A DNA stretch of 63,168 nt, counting the filler, from Choristocarpus tenellus KU-1152 (Eukaryota > Protista > Phaeophyceae), in NCBI GenBank assembly GCA_964200185.2. It is 13 parts of 13 records of this genome, joined end to end, with 100 filler letters (N's around TTAATTAATTAA, not from the genome) between each part and the next. Parts side by side here need not be neighbours in the genome. Positions count along the whole stretch, not along the records: positions 11,272 to 19,429 come from CAXNAD020005065.1; positions 19,530 to 22,572 come from CAXNAD020022737.1; positions 22,673 to 27,131 come from CAXNAD020014454.1; 10 more parts are not named here. One strand, written 5' to 3'. A program made the position numbers and the translations under genes. Positions within the stretch are counted from its first letter, which is position 1. Every line of letters begins with the position of its first letter. Of the stretch, positions 13,480-25,502 are shown one piece after another. The notes under the pieces are model-generated. The model saw only the letters and a list, made by a program, of their open reading frames with translations. It was not told the origin of the DNA and searched no databases.

Positions 13480-14920
13480 TTGTAACACATACATGAGTCT
13501 CCATTTGTGAGGCCTTTGACTCAATGCTCTCGCACCCAGTTGTTACAAGAGCGCGTATCTGTGGGAGAGGACATGATCGGGGCATTCTCTTTTGTGGAAA
13601 CCCGTGAGCAGAGGAGGAATTTGTTGTGGTAGGGTCGGAGGCTTAAGGTGATGAGCCTGGCGGAGTGTCCGTGTCATACAACCATTGAACGCAACTACAA
13701 TTACTTCATCTTTGAGGAGTCGAATCTTATCCTCAAGAGAACTACCTCGAGGTCCACTCATAAATCACTTCACTGTATTTGCCAAATCAACTCCAGCCTT
13801 TCTGACTCCTCAAGCTGATCTCAGCGGTATTGGGCTCATCAACACCGATGGTTCTCCAAGACAAAGAAATATATCAGTCTGCCTGTAGGTATGGCCCAAG
13901 GCATTGATCTGTTATAGCACTGAAACCTCGGTAGGATGTCCTTGTTAAAGCACGCTCCGTAGCTTACCTCCACGGGATGTATAGCTCCGGTCCACAAGCC
14001 TATAGATGGTGCTGATGCACGTAGAGGACTCCTGATGGACAAGTCATCAAGTATGCTGGGTCTTTTACTCTGATTATTCCCTTCATAAGTATCAATATCA
14101 TTGTATAAAGGAACTAGTCAATGATGTCTTATTTCTATCGAGCATCATCGTGACCAAATAAGACATAAATACTCAAGAAGTACGAATATGGAAATCTAGG
14201 GCTTCAAGGTCATAATGGCGTATAAGAAACCACCATCAATACATATCGCCTGAAACAAACAGATGCCCATGGCTTTGGCATCCTGATTAGGGGGGCGAAG
14301 ACCCATATTCTACGTCTGTAGTACAGATGCAGTCAGATCGAATGATCTGACCACCTTCACAGCCGCTGCCATCATCCTGACCAAACCTCATTGGATCTTG
14401 GAGACAATGCCCGCATCATCAGGGTAAAGCATACCCCACAAAGCCGTCCAAGTGTTGTCGTACTCCCTGGTGTCCTTCCTCCTCTGATTGGGTTCATGTT
14501 CACCCCTCTCTCGATGACATCAATATCCTTGGAGATGGTCGGGGAAGGGGTGAGCTCCTGAACTGCCACATATGCCACTGCAGCGAAAAAGATGTGGAAG
14601 AGAATCGGAGCCAGAAGAGACCCATGCCAAATGCCCTGTCCAACCCCAAACTAGCCTGTGTACTCACCACCATCCATGTGACCACATGCCCACATATCAT
14701 TGTGGAACTGACGGGTGATGACAGAGATCATCCTTGGAGAATTGTCAAATTTGGTCACCACAACCCACACAAGATCACGATCAACAGAATCATATGGTTT
14801 GTGTGAGTGCATCGATAAAACGTGAAGGGGGGTACGCAAGCGTCCTTCCCGGACAAGCTCTTGAAGAGGCGTATGTACAGTGTATATAGTGTCCACTACT
14901 GTGGAGAGTGGGCCAGAAGC
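13480..14920 (-). mobile_element. Degenerate non-LTR (RTE-like LINE) reverse transcriptase
   Basis: Ordered motifs across frameshifts: STVVDTIYTV..LQEL, KPYDSVDRDLVW, FGVGQG..GSLLAPILFHIFFAAV, LWGMLYPDDAGIVS (YADD box), KIRLLKDEVIVVAFNGCMT, GCESIES. Confidence 0.85.
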
Positions 14921-15529
14921 CGCATTGTCCCTCATGAAATATTTTCTCCCCTTCCAGGTAATCTGCCAACCATCATCACCTTGCAACAAATTGAACGGGG
15001 ACTTTTGGCAGCATGTGCCACCAATGAGATGCCCGTAGTTGACTTAATGAGAGTGACCCTTCTTCTCGTAGAGGACGTGCTGGGGATGACTGCATACTTC
15101 CAGACCTGTGGTATGACTTCCTCGTTCCATACAAACGAAAATAAAGAACTCGAAACAAGAAGTTCAAAGAAAAATATTTTGAAAGAACTTGTCGAATACA
15201 CTTCCGTTCGACATCGTCAGGCATCGATGGGCTTTGAACCCAGAAGCTCCATTAGGGGAAGAGAGTACTTCGATTAATGAACTCAACACCAAAATACACA
15301 AAAACGATTTGATGTGACGGTTCAGTCTGCTTCTTCATCGGATTCGTCAGTACATGTTCTAATGATTCCATTGGCCAAGAGCGCCTAGTTGAAAGTCGAA
15401 TCGGTACACGATCCCCTTCATCTTTCTCCTGCCAAAGTGGACAACAACAGCAACCAACGAGGAACCCTGAACCTCACAACACCGGTCAGACAGATCCTAA
15501 TCACCATCAGCCTCTATCTACCAGACAAG

Positions 15530-16215
15530 ATGCCGACCTACTCTGAGGTGTGGAATGTTGTATTCAGCGTCTGCCCTCTCGGGCTGTGTGTCAATGCTGA
15601 TCGCTATATGGAAGAATTGAGATTTGTGAATATAACCGTTCCCATTTGTGTCAACGCAGATGTGTGTGGAAGCCATTCTGGCACTGAAGGAGCGCACGGG
15701 CTCTAGCGTCCAGGCGATCAAGAAGCATATGACTACGGTACACAAAGACTTGTCCTTTTCTCCCCACCAGCTTCGCAGCGCCCTCAGGAAGGGTGTCGAG
15801 ACTGGCAAGCTGATCAAGGTTAGGCAATGGATCGTCTCTGTCGGTAGTGAGGATAGATACACTATTATTCAATCCTCGTGATTTCTTGCCGATATCTTAC
15901 GCCATTGCATTGTCCCCTCGCGTACAGATCAAGGCCTCCTACAAGCTTACCCCCACTGCTAAGACCGCTGCTATGAAGCCGGCGAAGAAGGTCGTCCCGA
16001 AGAAGGCCGCCACGAAGCCTGTAGTTAAGAAGACTGCTCCCAAGAAGGTTGTCCCCAAAGCAGTAGCGAAGAAAGCTGCTCCCAAGAAGGTGGTGGTGAA
16101 GAAGAAGACCGCGACCAAGAAGGCTACCGTCTCTAAGAAATCTACACCCAAGAAGAAGGCTGCCGCTACCAAGAAGAAGTCCACTCCAAAGAAGAAAGCT
16201 GCCGCGAAGAAGTAA
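15530..16215 (+). CDS. H1: Linker histone H1 (154 aa); exons 15530-15547, 15660-15818, 15928-16215
   Basis: MPTYSE-MCVEAILALKERTGSSVQAIKKHM...LRSALRKGVETGKLIK-IKASYKL (H15 globular domain) plus a K/A/P-rich tail; phase-0 GT-AG introns. Confidence 0.97.
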
Positions 16216-16314
16216 AAAACCTCGGCAAACATCAAGTTCCCGTAAATGTGAGAACTACCCTCCACTCGCTGGAGCTTGGTGTAACCATGGTGCAATTCAA
16301 TTGCCAAACCAACC

Positions 16315-16330
16315 GGTGTTTTCCAACACC
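16315..16330 (+). promoter_or_regulatory. Histone-type 3' stem-loop
   Basis: GGTGTT-TTCC-AACACC: 6-bp stem starting GG, 4-nt pyrimidine loop, preceded by an A/C-rich tract (CCAAACCAACC), 100 nt after the H1 stop. Confidence 0.7.
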
Positions 16331-16899
16331 CCCCTTGCCTGAAAGAAATATTGTCATATCCTGGTTGGCGTACCGGGAAAGGTATAGGTGCAAGTGTTTT
16401 GTTTCGATGCAGCTGGTGATGCCGAATACTTTACAGATTTCTGTCTGGTCCATTGATATTTTTATTCAAGTCTCTTAAACAGGCGGTTGTTGATGCCAAT
16501 CTTTGCGCAATGCCTGCCCCTGGTAAAGGTATGTATGCATCCGAGTTTCATTCGAGTTACGGAACGTCCCAGTAGGAACTATGATGTGTGCACGTGTGAA
16601 CTCGAGAACAAACACATCTACACACAGTTTTAGGGAAGAGCGCGCGCACGCCTTATCCTCATGGTGTGGTGATGACCCTTGGTATTGCTTTGGGTGAGGT
16701 GGGTGTCAGTCGCACTGTGCATATGAAGGTAGTAGTTGTCCGACTCGAGCTGTAGATCTTACCTAGTTTTCTTGAGTTCCTACCAGATATGTCTCTGAAT
16801 TTTGAACGGTTCTTGGACTTGGTGCGTTGTGTCAAGGACTTGTCAGGCAGGGCAAAGAGAACTGGGAAGCATAAGGGTGCATCATCAGGTGGTGCCGAC

Positions 16900-17361
16900 A
16901 TTATACACAAATGGATGTCTTTGATCCAGGAAGGCAAAGTGCTGGGCTTGTTAGATCTATGCAATATGAACCGAGAAGTCAAGTGTAGCTGGGCAGTATG
17001 GTGTTGATATAAATGATGACCCATTGAATAAACTAGAGGGCCAATAGGAGAACCGCTAGGGCGCAGGAATTTCTACAACTACAAAAAAATGAGGACCTCA
17101 CGGTAGGCGAGCTAGTAGTTGAGTTAGCTTGCGTATGAAGAAGCCACAAAGGAAGTTTGATGATAAGGGTGTGAATTGTCTGAAGATAGTCCGAGGCACA
17201 TGGTGGTGGTGGTAGCAGTGATGGTGGGCGTTTTGAGTCTTCCTCTGCTCCTCTTTGTTGAAGTGACATAACCATTTTGATTTGCTAGGTAAAGATAAAA
17301 GCATGGAGTGAGTTCTTGAGTGCTTTTTCTCTGAGACCTGAGATACACACATGTGTCGCAT
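16900..17361 (-). pseudogene. Highly decayed histone H3-like remnant
   Basis: Collinear fragments across frames: RKST; HCYH (HRYR); FIRKL...RL-REV (LIRKLPFQRLVREI); AVL..AL* (AVLALQ); KDIHL (KDIQL). Confidence 0.5.
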
Positions 17362-17731
17362 TGTTGGTAGTTTTTCCCTAGTGAGATGGATGTTTTAATG
17401 TGTTACTGTTCTGCGCACCAACAATTCAGTGTGTATACATACATGTTGCGGGGACGCAACATCGCATCGGAGTAAGCAGTACAAGTCGTAACATGTGCAC
17501 CATATCAAATACTGTGTGTGTGAATGCCATTGGAGGCCATTTTTGAAAATCCTACTTTCATTAATGCTAGCAAGTCCTAAATGATGACATATGCCACTGA
17601 GGAGGTGTGCTTTCTCGTCGACGACATATGGTGGACTTTTGGGGCATTTTTTTTTTGTCCTATGCTTATTATATAGAATTTGGAAGTTTGAAACTATGAT
17701 TCAGATACAGAGCCTACTCAGGGTCACAGAT

Positions 17732-17990
17732 ATCTCAGGTGCTAAAAAAGTGATGTGTACATAAGCACTTGGTGGCTCTGGGTGTATGGTTTCGGGTTGT
17801 GGTGAGACAATAGTAGCATCTGTTAAATCCGCTATTCCTGGAGGTAAAGTGGTGAAGTGTGGCATGCCTTTTCACTACCTGTGAACAAGGATGCCCATCA
17901 AAAGGACCCACACACTGTATCAATATCTATTTTTGCCCATCACCATCACACAAACTCAGTAAGGTGAAACAGGCATGCATCAGCTACTCT
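17732..17990 (+). pseudogene. Highly decayed histone H4-like remnant (tentative)
   Basis: SG..K...*ALG; DN..I; KSAI.....VKCGMPFHYL*TR versus H4 KPAI...VKRISGLIYEETR, with identical VK...Y..TR spacing. Confidence 0.35.
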
Positions 17991-18011
17991 CACTTATTAA
18001 TACGAAGAACC

Positions 18012-18368
18012 ATGACTCACAAGGAAAAAGGAATGAAATGTAATTCCAAATGTTCAACCACCCCGCCAGTTGAGCCCGAACTTCATTGTTTCCCTCTTGA
18101 CTGTTTTGGTGATTTCCTTGAGCAGGGTAAGTATGCCCCTCTATTGGTACTGGCATTCCAGTGTATCTTTCCTTCATCCTGGAGTACCTGACCACTGAGG
18201 TCCGCAAGTTTTTGTCTTCTTGTCTCATGACAACAAGAGGGCTTGAGTTGTCCCATGCCACAACCAGCTTGGTGTTCGCAACAATGATGTTATAAAGAAA
18301 ATGCCTGAGGAAGTACCATCTTGTCTGGCCGAACTTTACCCAATATCTATCCTGCACTTACACTATAG
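18012..18368 (+). pseudogene. H2A: Histone H2A pseudogene
   Basis: With about 3 frameshifts and one stop: FPLDCFGDFLEQGKYAP/IGTGIPVYLSFILEYLTTEV/HDNKRA*VVPCHNQLGVRNND/ILSGRTLPNIYPAL. This matches H2A FPVGR..GKYA.RIGAGAPVYLAAVLEYLTAE..RDNKK.RIVPRHIQLAVRNDE..IASGGVLPNIH. Confidence 0.9.
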
Positions 18369-18372
18369 AACT

Positions 18373-18700
18373 TTAACAAGAAACCACAAGTTGTGTCTCT
18401 CCTTCTGAAAGGTATGTAGGACTGTCTCGGACCAGACCCATGCTACCTTGTGTTTTGAAATTGCGCGGTTGTGTTACAGTGATGGGTTGTCTCTTTTTCC
18501 AACACATTATTCGACTGGGTTCACACTGAAGCAGTGGAGATCTAAAACTCCACTGATGTTGATCCATCTTGGACCAGGTAACGATGGGGTTGTGTGGACA
18601 ACTGTACTCCAGTAGACAAAGGTTAGGAAATGTTTGTCTGGTGATTTCAGCAAATGTTATTGGGAGTTTTGAATTTTTTACAATTTTGAACTGTTTTGAA
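18373..18700 (-). pseudogene. Possible decayed histone H2B-like remnant
   Basis: SF......EPSRIMCWKKRQPIT..PRNFKT....LSEG versus H2B SF..[21 protein letters not shown]...VSEG; TFVY...VH in an adjacent frame. Confidence 0.3.
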
Positions 18701-21700
18701 ATAATCACAACCAGAGATTCTTTGGGATAGTCTGAATTCTGGGGCTGGCACAGCACAGTTAGGCAATGGTGATGTGAGACCATTGATTTAGCCCAGTTGG
18801 TACTGAATAGGGTGGTGTGGCCAACATGACTCCAGCAGCTAGCTACTGGGATTGCTGGAACACATGGTTAATGATATGGCGCAATCAACTGGGTTATGCC
18901 AGAAAACTTTATATTTGCGGTTCATGCGTCTGTGTCACCAATTAGGATCTAGCGTTGGTCCTGAGCATGGCTGGTCGATCATGCATCATATTTATATTAG
19001 GATTGAGAGGACTCTGGAAACTGACTATTCGGCAAAGCTTCAGTTAGGTGTTGGAAGGGATTAGTTGATGAATGATATGCAGGAGAGTCAAAACCAGGAT
19101 ATTCTTTGAAAAATATGTAAGATGAGGACTTCTAATGTTACACACACACTAGGCTGTCAAGAGGTGTCTTTTTTTGTTCCGAATTTTCAGAGCATACAAT
19201 ACAATGATTGGACATACCTCAAGCATGCCATTCATTGGACGAACATCTAAAGAGTGGGAAATTGATTTGCGTGTCATCATATCGTTTATCTGGTCACACA
19301 TTTTTATAAAGTTGTACACTTTGCCGCACCTTCCTTTGCTTGTGCAATGAATACCCCGTGGTTAACCCTTGGAGGTGAAACATAGGATTTTAAGACTACT
19401 TGTGACCCAAAGTATCTGGGAGGGGGGGGNNNNNNNNNNNNNNNNNNNNNNNNNNNNNNNNNNNNNNNNNNNNTTAATTAATTAANNNNNNNNNNNNNNN
19501 NNNNNNNNNNNNNNNNNNNNNNNNNNNNNTGGGGATACTTTAACATGTCCTTCCAGAGCCCTTGCTTGTTACACTCAGACACTCCAAACTCCGTTGGGAG
19601 GGCAGCCCAACATTTCGCGGCAGTTTTTGCTCACCAGGAACCATCGAGAGGGCGTTCCGTACTGCAAGAGCAACCTTAATATTCAGGAACACTTGGGCAA
19701 CCTTCCTACGTGGGGGGGTCGATGGGGGGGTTGCCATGCCGACGTTCTGACCCTCGACATGCCCAGTTCTGGGCTCAAAATCACAAAAGACCCCTACTTT
19801 GTCTGCTTGAAGCACCTCGAGTTTGTATCTGACGATCCTCGACCCCCACAGTTTTTGAATTCTGGCATTGTCAACCCGATTTCATTCTGTGTGGTTATCG
19901 TCCGATTCTGCGCTGTTCTCGTTCGGTGAGCCCAGATGTTTCGCGGCACAAACTTATGGCACAGAGGTAGTACATTTTTCTGTCTATGCTGTACCCCACA
20001 GCCTTGCTGTGCCTCCAACCTAGCTTAGTCCTACCCCCCAGGGTGAGGAGCTAGGGAAGCATCCCACAAAAATCTAACAAGTTCCTCCTTGCCCATCTCC
20101 CTGGTGTCTCCAGCTTAAAATGCATGACACATCAAGATAGTTCTACTTGTGTTGTGACAGAGACTAGTTAGGGTAGACTGGATTTGACCACCCCTTTTCT
20201 GATGTAGTCTCCTGTCCCTTTCCCCCCTACCATTGTGCGTAGCTAACTCATCCAGAAACATTTCCACTTGCTTACCGAGCTGCCCAAAACTTTCCAGATA
20301 ATGTGTTGGACTCTGTCGTGGACAGATTTAGGCAATGAAGTCCTGCCAGTAATCATGTCTAGATAAGTGGGGACAGTTGGTGTAACTATTCGCTCGTATC
20401 AGACATGCGTTCCTCGAGTTTCATCCATCACCTATCTATACGCTTCTTTTTGGGGCATCAGAAGGGTGTGTAATTGACCTGTAGGTGACAAAACCTAGAC
20501 GTCGGATTCACTATAAAGACATTTTTTCCCTTCTGTCGAAACATTTGAACTGTATTTGTTCTCACATATACCTCTCGACTGTTCATGTTGTTAGCAAGTA
20601 TATAGGGACAAGATGGCCTACTACCGTATCCAAGCATTCCTCCATTCCTCACAGGCTGTGCAGTGTGCGATACCTCGTACTCTTTCAGAGCCGTGCCAAT
20701 GAACACCCCCTAGGAGTACAACGATCGAACTGCTTGAGCCTTGTCAGGAATTCAGTAGTGATTGGATAATTTGCCTTGTAGGGTTCTATATTGTGTGAGA
20801 TGCTGCGTATCCATACAGTGATCAGGTGCTGGCACCGTTCGCCATAACAGATAACAGGGTGGCTTTCCGACTTCGACGCTTTCAATTTATTCCAGTCCAA
20901 CACCAGGACTGTAATTGAGCGAGCTTTTAGCGTGCTTGTGCGTCCTTAGATTATCCCGTGAAGTACCCTTGTATCACATGGGGAATGTTTTTGGACATGC
21001 TTGTGTTTGCCTGAACTGTATGACCTTCAGGGGTACAGTCACAGGATGAAATCTGCCTCGTAAAGTACTTTTGTTTTGTGACAAGGAGAATGTTAATGTG
21101 GCCTGGGCCGACTGGGCCAATTGGGTATTGGAATGGGCACATAGGGTGCGTATATAGTTGTAATTTGTGTGTGTAATGGAGGTGTCTCTAGAGTAGTTTC
21201 CGTTCCTTCCACCCTTGCACGTATCCCTTTCTATCGTTCAAGCTTTGTACGTTTTTGTGACATATGATACGGCTTGCCTTTTTGCACGTGTTTCTGCTGG
21301 TGAGTATTGTTAGCAAGATCACATTGCTTTTATATATTGGTGATGGTGTCTGCTGTTAGACACCCGAAGTAGTAGCTAAGTATTGGCATTTCGATGTGAT
21401 CATCAAGTCAAATACAAAGTGAGCATCGTGTAGTGCGAGTGTCATGCCCACAAATCTATTGCACTCCTTCTATTGGACCGTCCAACAATGCCCATGAATA
21501 TAATAGAGCCGGGAAATGCATTCATATCACTCTGCAACATTCACTTTTGGATTGGGAAAGGTGTTTTATTTCCCTCTTTAGTTGCATGTCGGTAGTGTGG
21601 AAGCTGCTATGTGTGCTTCGCATTTGGGGGCATGATACAGAGATCGGGTTTTGTGGCCGTTTCATAAACACCTGCATTAGGTGTATGAGGTTTGTTCCGT

Positions 21701-22672
21701 TCAACTGTCTCGCAGGGCAATATGTATGAACTATCAAATTCTTACCTTGACAAAAAAAGAACACGGTTCAGTTCCAAAAAATATTGATCAAACCTGAAGA
21801 GTAATCGATTTCAACTGGTAACTGGTCCAATATTTGGTGATTGTTGTGTTCATCCAGGCATAATCTCTTGCCTCGAATATTAGGCATTGAGTTCATCATC
21901 ACCCAACCCGCAAGGACGACTCACATGTCCTCCTCGATTTCTAACTGAAACCCCACCAGGTAGCAGCCACACACAGTGCTTGTGTGCGATGCATGATACC
22001 TCATCTTCATGACCCAAATTCAGGAGACAACATTCGGGGTTTTCTGGAATGCTTTTTTTCAAGAACAAGAGACCGTACCAAGAACAAGATGTTCCAAGCA
22101 CATGCTGAGACGGACAGGGCGGCTGGTTGAAGATTAGATATTATTACAATATCCGTTTTGTTGAAGGCAATCAGAGTACAGGTTTGGGCGGAGCTAATCT
22201 ATATAGAGCTATCTATATATCGCACGCTTTTTTGCATACTCTGCAAAAAATCTGGCAAACAATGAGCAGGCTGTTGTGTTGCGAAGCGACCTTCTCCCTC
22301 TTAATGAAGTGCAATGAATACTGACAGAAAGAAGAATTCGTCTCCGAACTGTTAAAACAACAAGCGCTACTGATATAAAAACTAGATCGTATTTCCAATG
22401 TGTACATGTCACGCCTTACACTTAGTGAATTTTCATAATTGTGTACTATCGGTATGGAATTCTGGTACATAGATAGGTGTAGCAGAAGTGTTTTGGGCAC
22501 CTAAAAGTGCGCTCGAATATTGATATACTTGCCCAAGTCATGCCTCAGTAAGGGTTAAAGTATCTGGGGGGGNNNNNNNNNNNNNNNNNNNNNNNNNNNN
22601 NNNNNNNNNNNNNNNNTTAATTAATTAANNNNNNNNNNNNNNNNNNNNNNNNNNNNNNNNNNNNNNNNNNNN

Positions 22673-22876
22673 CTTGACTTCCCATGGGTTTTTTAATGGC
22701 ATTTTCTTCTCCAAAATGTTTAGGGTAGGTAAAATGTATACTTCATAAAAAAATGTGTCCGGACAAGAATATTGACACTTCCTAACAAACACGATCGCGA
22801 AAATTACATCAAAATCGCAACATTGGATTTTGGCTCCCAAATGGACGCGGCTCTACCCTCTAAGATACTTTGGCTC
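22673..22876 (-). mobile_element. MITE family A, truncated by the contig start
   Basis: Same internal sequence and the end TACCCTCTAAGATACTTTGGCTC. Confidence 0.85.
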
Positions 22877-23977
22877 ATTACAATCCACTGTTAAATGCGT
22901 ACAGGACATTTTCCGAATATGTCGAAAAGTTTCAGGGAAATCAACCTTCTCAAGTCAAACTTAGCACTTCATCCATAGAAATATGGGTGAATTGGAAAAT
23001 ATCGAAAATCTGTCTTCAAATGAGAAGCGAAAAAAAACAGGATACATCTCGTTTTTTCTTTGGCTCATTTTCGTATTTTGATCCCATTTCAGACGAATAA
23101 TCTCTGTTAACAAACAGGTTAGTTGCATTGTCATACTCTGGACCATAGAATGTTAACATCTATTCTTGGGCTGAGATTATATTTAATAGAAATATTAGGC
23201 GATCCCAGGGCTCGTTTCGACACATATTGCACTATTTCCAACGCAAAAAACAAAGCAAAAGGTTATGGACAGGCGAGACAAAATCAGAGCCGACTGAGTC
23301 AAAAACAACGTGGCCAAGTACTTAGTATATACAACAATAAATGGCCAATAATCGAAATAACAAAGAAAAAAGTTCTTTTGAGGTGTCATACAAGAGGAGA
23401 TTAATATCATAGAAAGTTCTTTGAGTCAGAAATTTCTTGGAGTCAGTGGTGCAGTGTGACAGGAGGAAAATACATTGATGGTGGTATGATGATACACCAT
23501 CACTCATATATTATACCATCATACCAGCCCCCAACGTGTAGTCAGCATCTGATTGGACATCATAATCAGTGGGCCGCTGGAAAATCAGCTCTATTTTCTT
23601 CCCTGACCATCATAGCTCTCCACGCCTATAGCAGATTTACGGCTTCCTGGAGCAAGGAGTCGATCACTTTCCTAAACAAAAACCAACTTTTATTAAGTAG
23701 GTATACTGCACTATGTAGTTTCATATCAACACTGCACAAATAACGGCATTTTGACGGATCACCACACAGACATTACATTACGGCTGGTGCTGTACCCTCA
23801 TGGCACTCATGGCATGTTCTCCATCACAAAGGGAAGCCAATAGGGTGACCACGTTATGGTATCTCAGAGTTGTCATGTTGCCCCACAGAACACAAATCTT
23901 CAACACAGTCAGGATCCAAACCGTCTGGAAAATGTAGTGCACTGTTGTGTACTTTGATCCTACTTGATAAAATGAAT

Positions 23978-24237
23978 GAGTGAAAGTATCTTAGAGGGTA
24001 CAAGTTTTGCCCTGTTTGTCCCTTTGGTGCTTGGCTTCCCATGGTTTTTTTATGACATTTTCTTACTCCAAAATGTTTAGGAGTAGATAAAATGTGTACG
24101 TTATGAAAAGTTGTGTCTGGAGCAAGTAATATTGACGCTTCCTAACAAAAACGATAGGTAAAATTACATCACAATCACCAACATTGGATTTTGACCCCCA
24201 AATGGACATAGCACTACCCTCTAAGATACTTTGGCTC
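23978..24237 (-). mobile_element. MITE family A, full copy with 3-bp TSD AAT
   Basis: GAGTGAAAGTATCTTAGAGGGTA ... TACCCTCTAAGATACTTTGGCTC; AAT on both flanks. Confidence 0.9.
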
Positions 24238-24431
24238 AATACTATCTGTAGTAAGTCCCCTTCTCAATACAGCCTATCCACAGACTACTGAACACGAACT
24301 CAGAAATAGAAAGATATTCACACAGGAAAAAAAAACAATTAACCCCATTTGGTTGTGTTGAGTCTCCATCCTCTTGCCCCCTCCATCCCAAAATACATGC
24401 ATCTCCTTCTGTCCCCTGCGAAGCCAAAGCC

Positions 24432-25502
24432 TCAAACATCAAACAAAAAATCCCCCAGCTGTGAGTGCATGCTCATCCAGTCGCTGATGCTCACTACATC
24501 TGTACCTGGCGGCAAAGTTGAGGCGACTTGAGCAGCAGCTAGCAAAGCATCAAATAAAGATGCACCTTCATTTGAAGATGCATCTCCAAAGAAGATGCGG
24601 AAAGTGTGACGGGCGTGGCGAACGTCCCTGGATGCAGCATCCTAACAGGGGCAGAAGAGATTGCAATGGTACGACTTTTAGTTTGTTTAGTTCTTGTGTT
24701 TTCCTGGTGCAAGGAGGTGAGGTTAGGGTTCGGGTAGGGTGGGTGTTCCTCTCTCTTCCCTCTTCCTGCAGAAATAGTATGACGTGACGTACATCCCACC
24801 AACTCAAGACCTCTTCTTATCAGTGACATGAAGGGATACAAGCACAACCCAGAACTGTGTGGGCCGTTGGTTTAGACAAAAAAAAGTTGGGACTCTGGAC
24901 AATGGGGGGGTCAGCAAGCCACGATGGCAGAATGAAGTACAGTGCAGAGGATAAATAAATGTAGTCTATTAAACACTTGACGCGATTTTTATCATACTTT
25001 GGACCAACCTCACCCCTAAACTAATTTTCTTCCACGACAATAAGTCCAGTTCAAATATATTTTGAGAGTATACTGATAAAACGTACCTCTCAGACCTACA
25101 CCCGTGTCTCTCCATCATGTAGGTGTCACCTCAAGGTCTATATACCCAAAACATGCAATCAGTACAAAAAATATGTATGTACCGTATTTTTTTCTTCTGC
25201 CACAATAATTCGAAACAGTTTTCAACCAAGCGTTCACAACAGACCTCTATAAGAACAACATAGTTTTCGTCACGTGTGTGCGTGTGCGTTTTCTTTTGTT
25301 TTTCCAAAAAAATAAGACGTACACATAAAGGAGGACCTGTCCCCACCTGGCAATCCAGACAGCATACAAAGGTGGGGCAGTGGATGCACCGGAAAAGAGG
25401 ACCAACCACTTCATCATGGCATCGGTCACAGAGAATGGGGATGCCAGGGGCAATCATGTGTCGCACCCTTGCAGCTGCCTTAGGTGCTTCCTCATTGAAT
25501 GA
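24432..25502 (-). CDS. Last two exons (25347-25502, 24432-24641) of a ZZ-type zinc-finger protein
   Basis: A phase-0 GT-AG splice joins RHMIAPGIPILCDRCHDEVVGPLFRCIHCPTFVCCLDCQ to DAASRDVRHARHTFRIFF, completing the ZZ Cys/His ligands; ends LFDV*. Upstream exons not identified. Confidence 0.8.

Noticed and set aside
15939-16307. Hydrophobic 122-aa minus-strand membrane protein
   Set aside because: Antisense shadow of the Lys-rich H1 tail (AAG read as CTT/TTC).
19530-22572. Genes on this contig
   Set aside because: Only short ORFs, with no motif or splice structure I could recognise.
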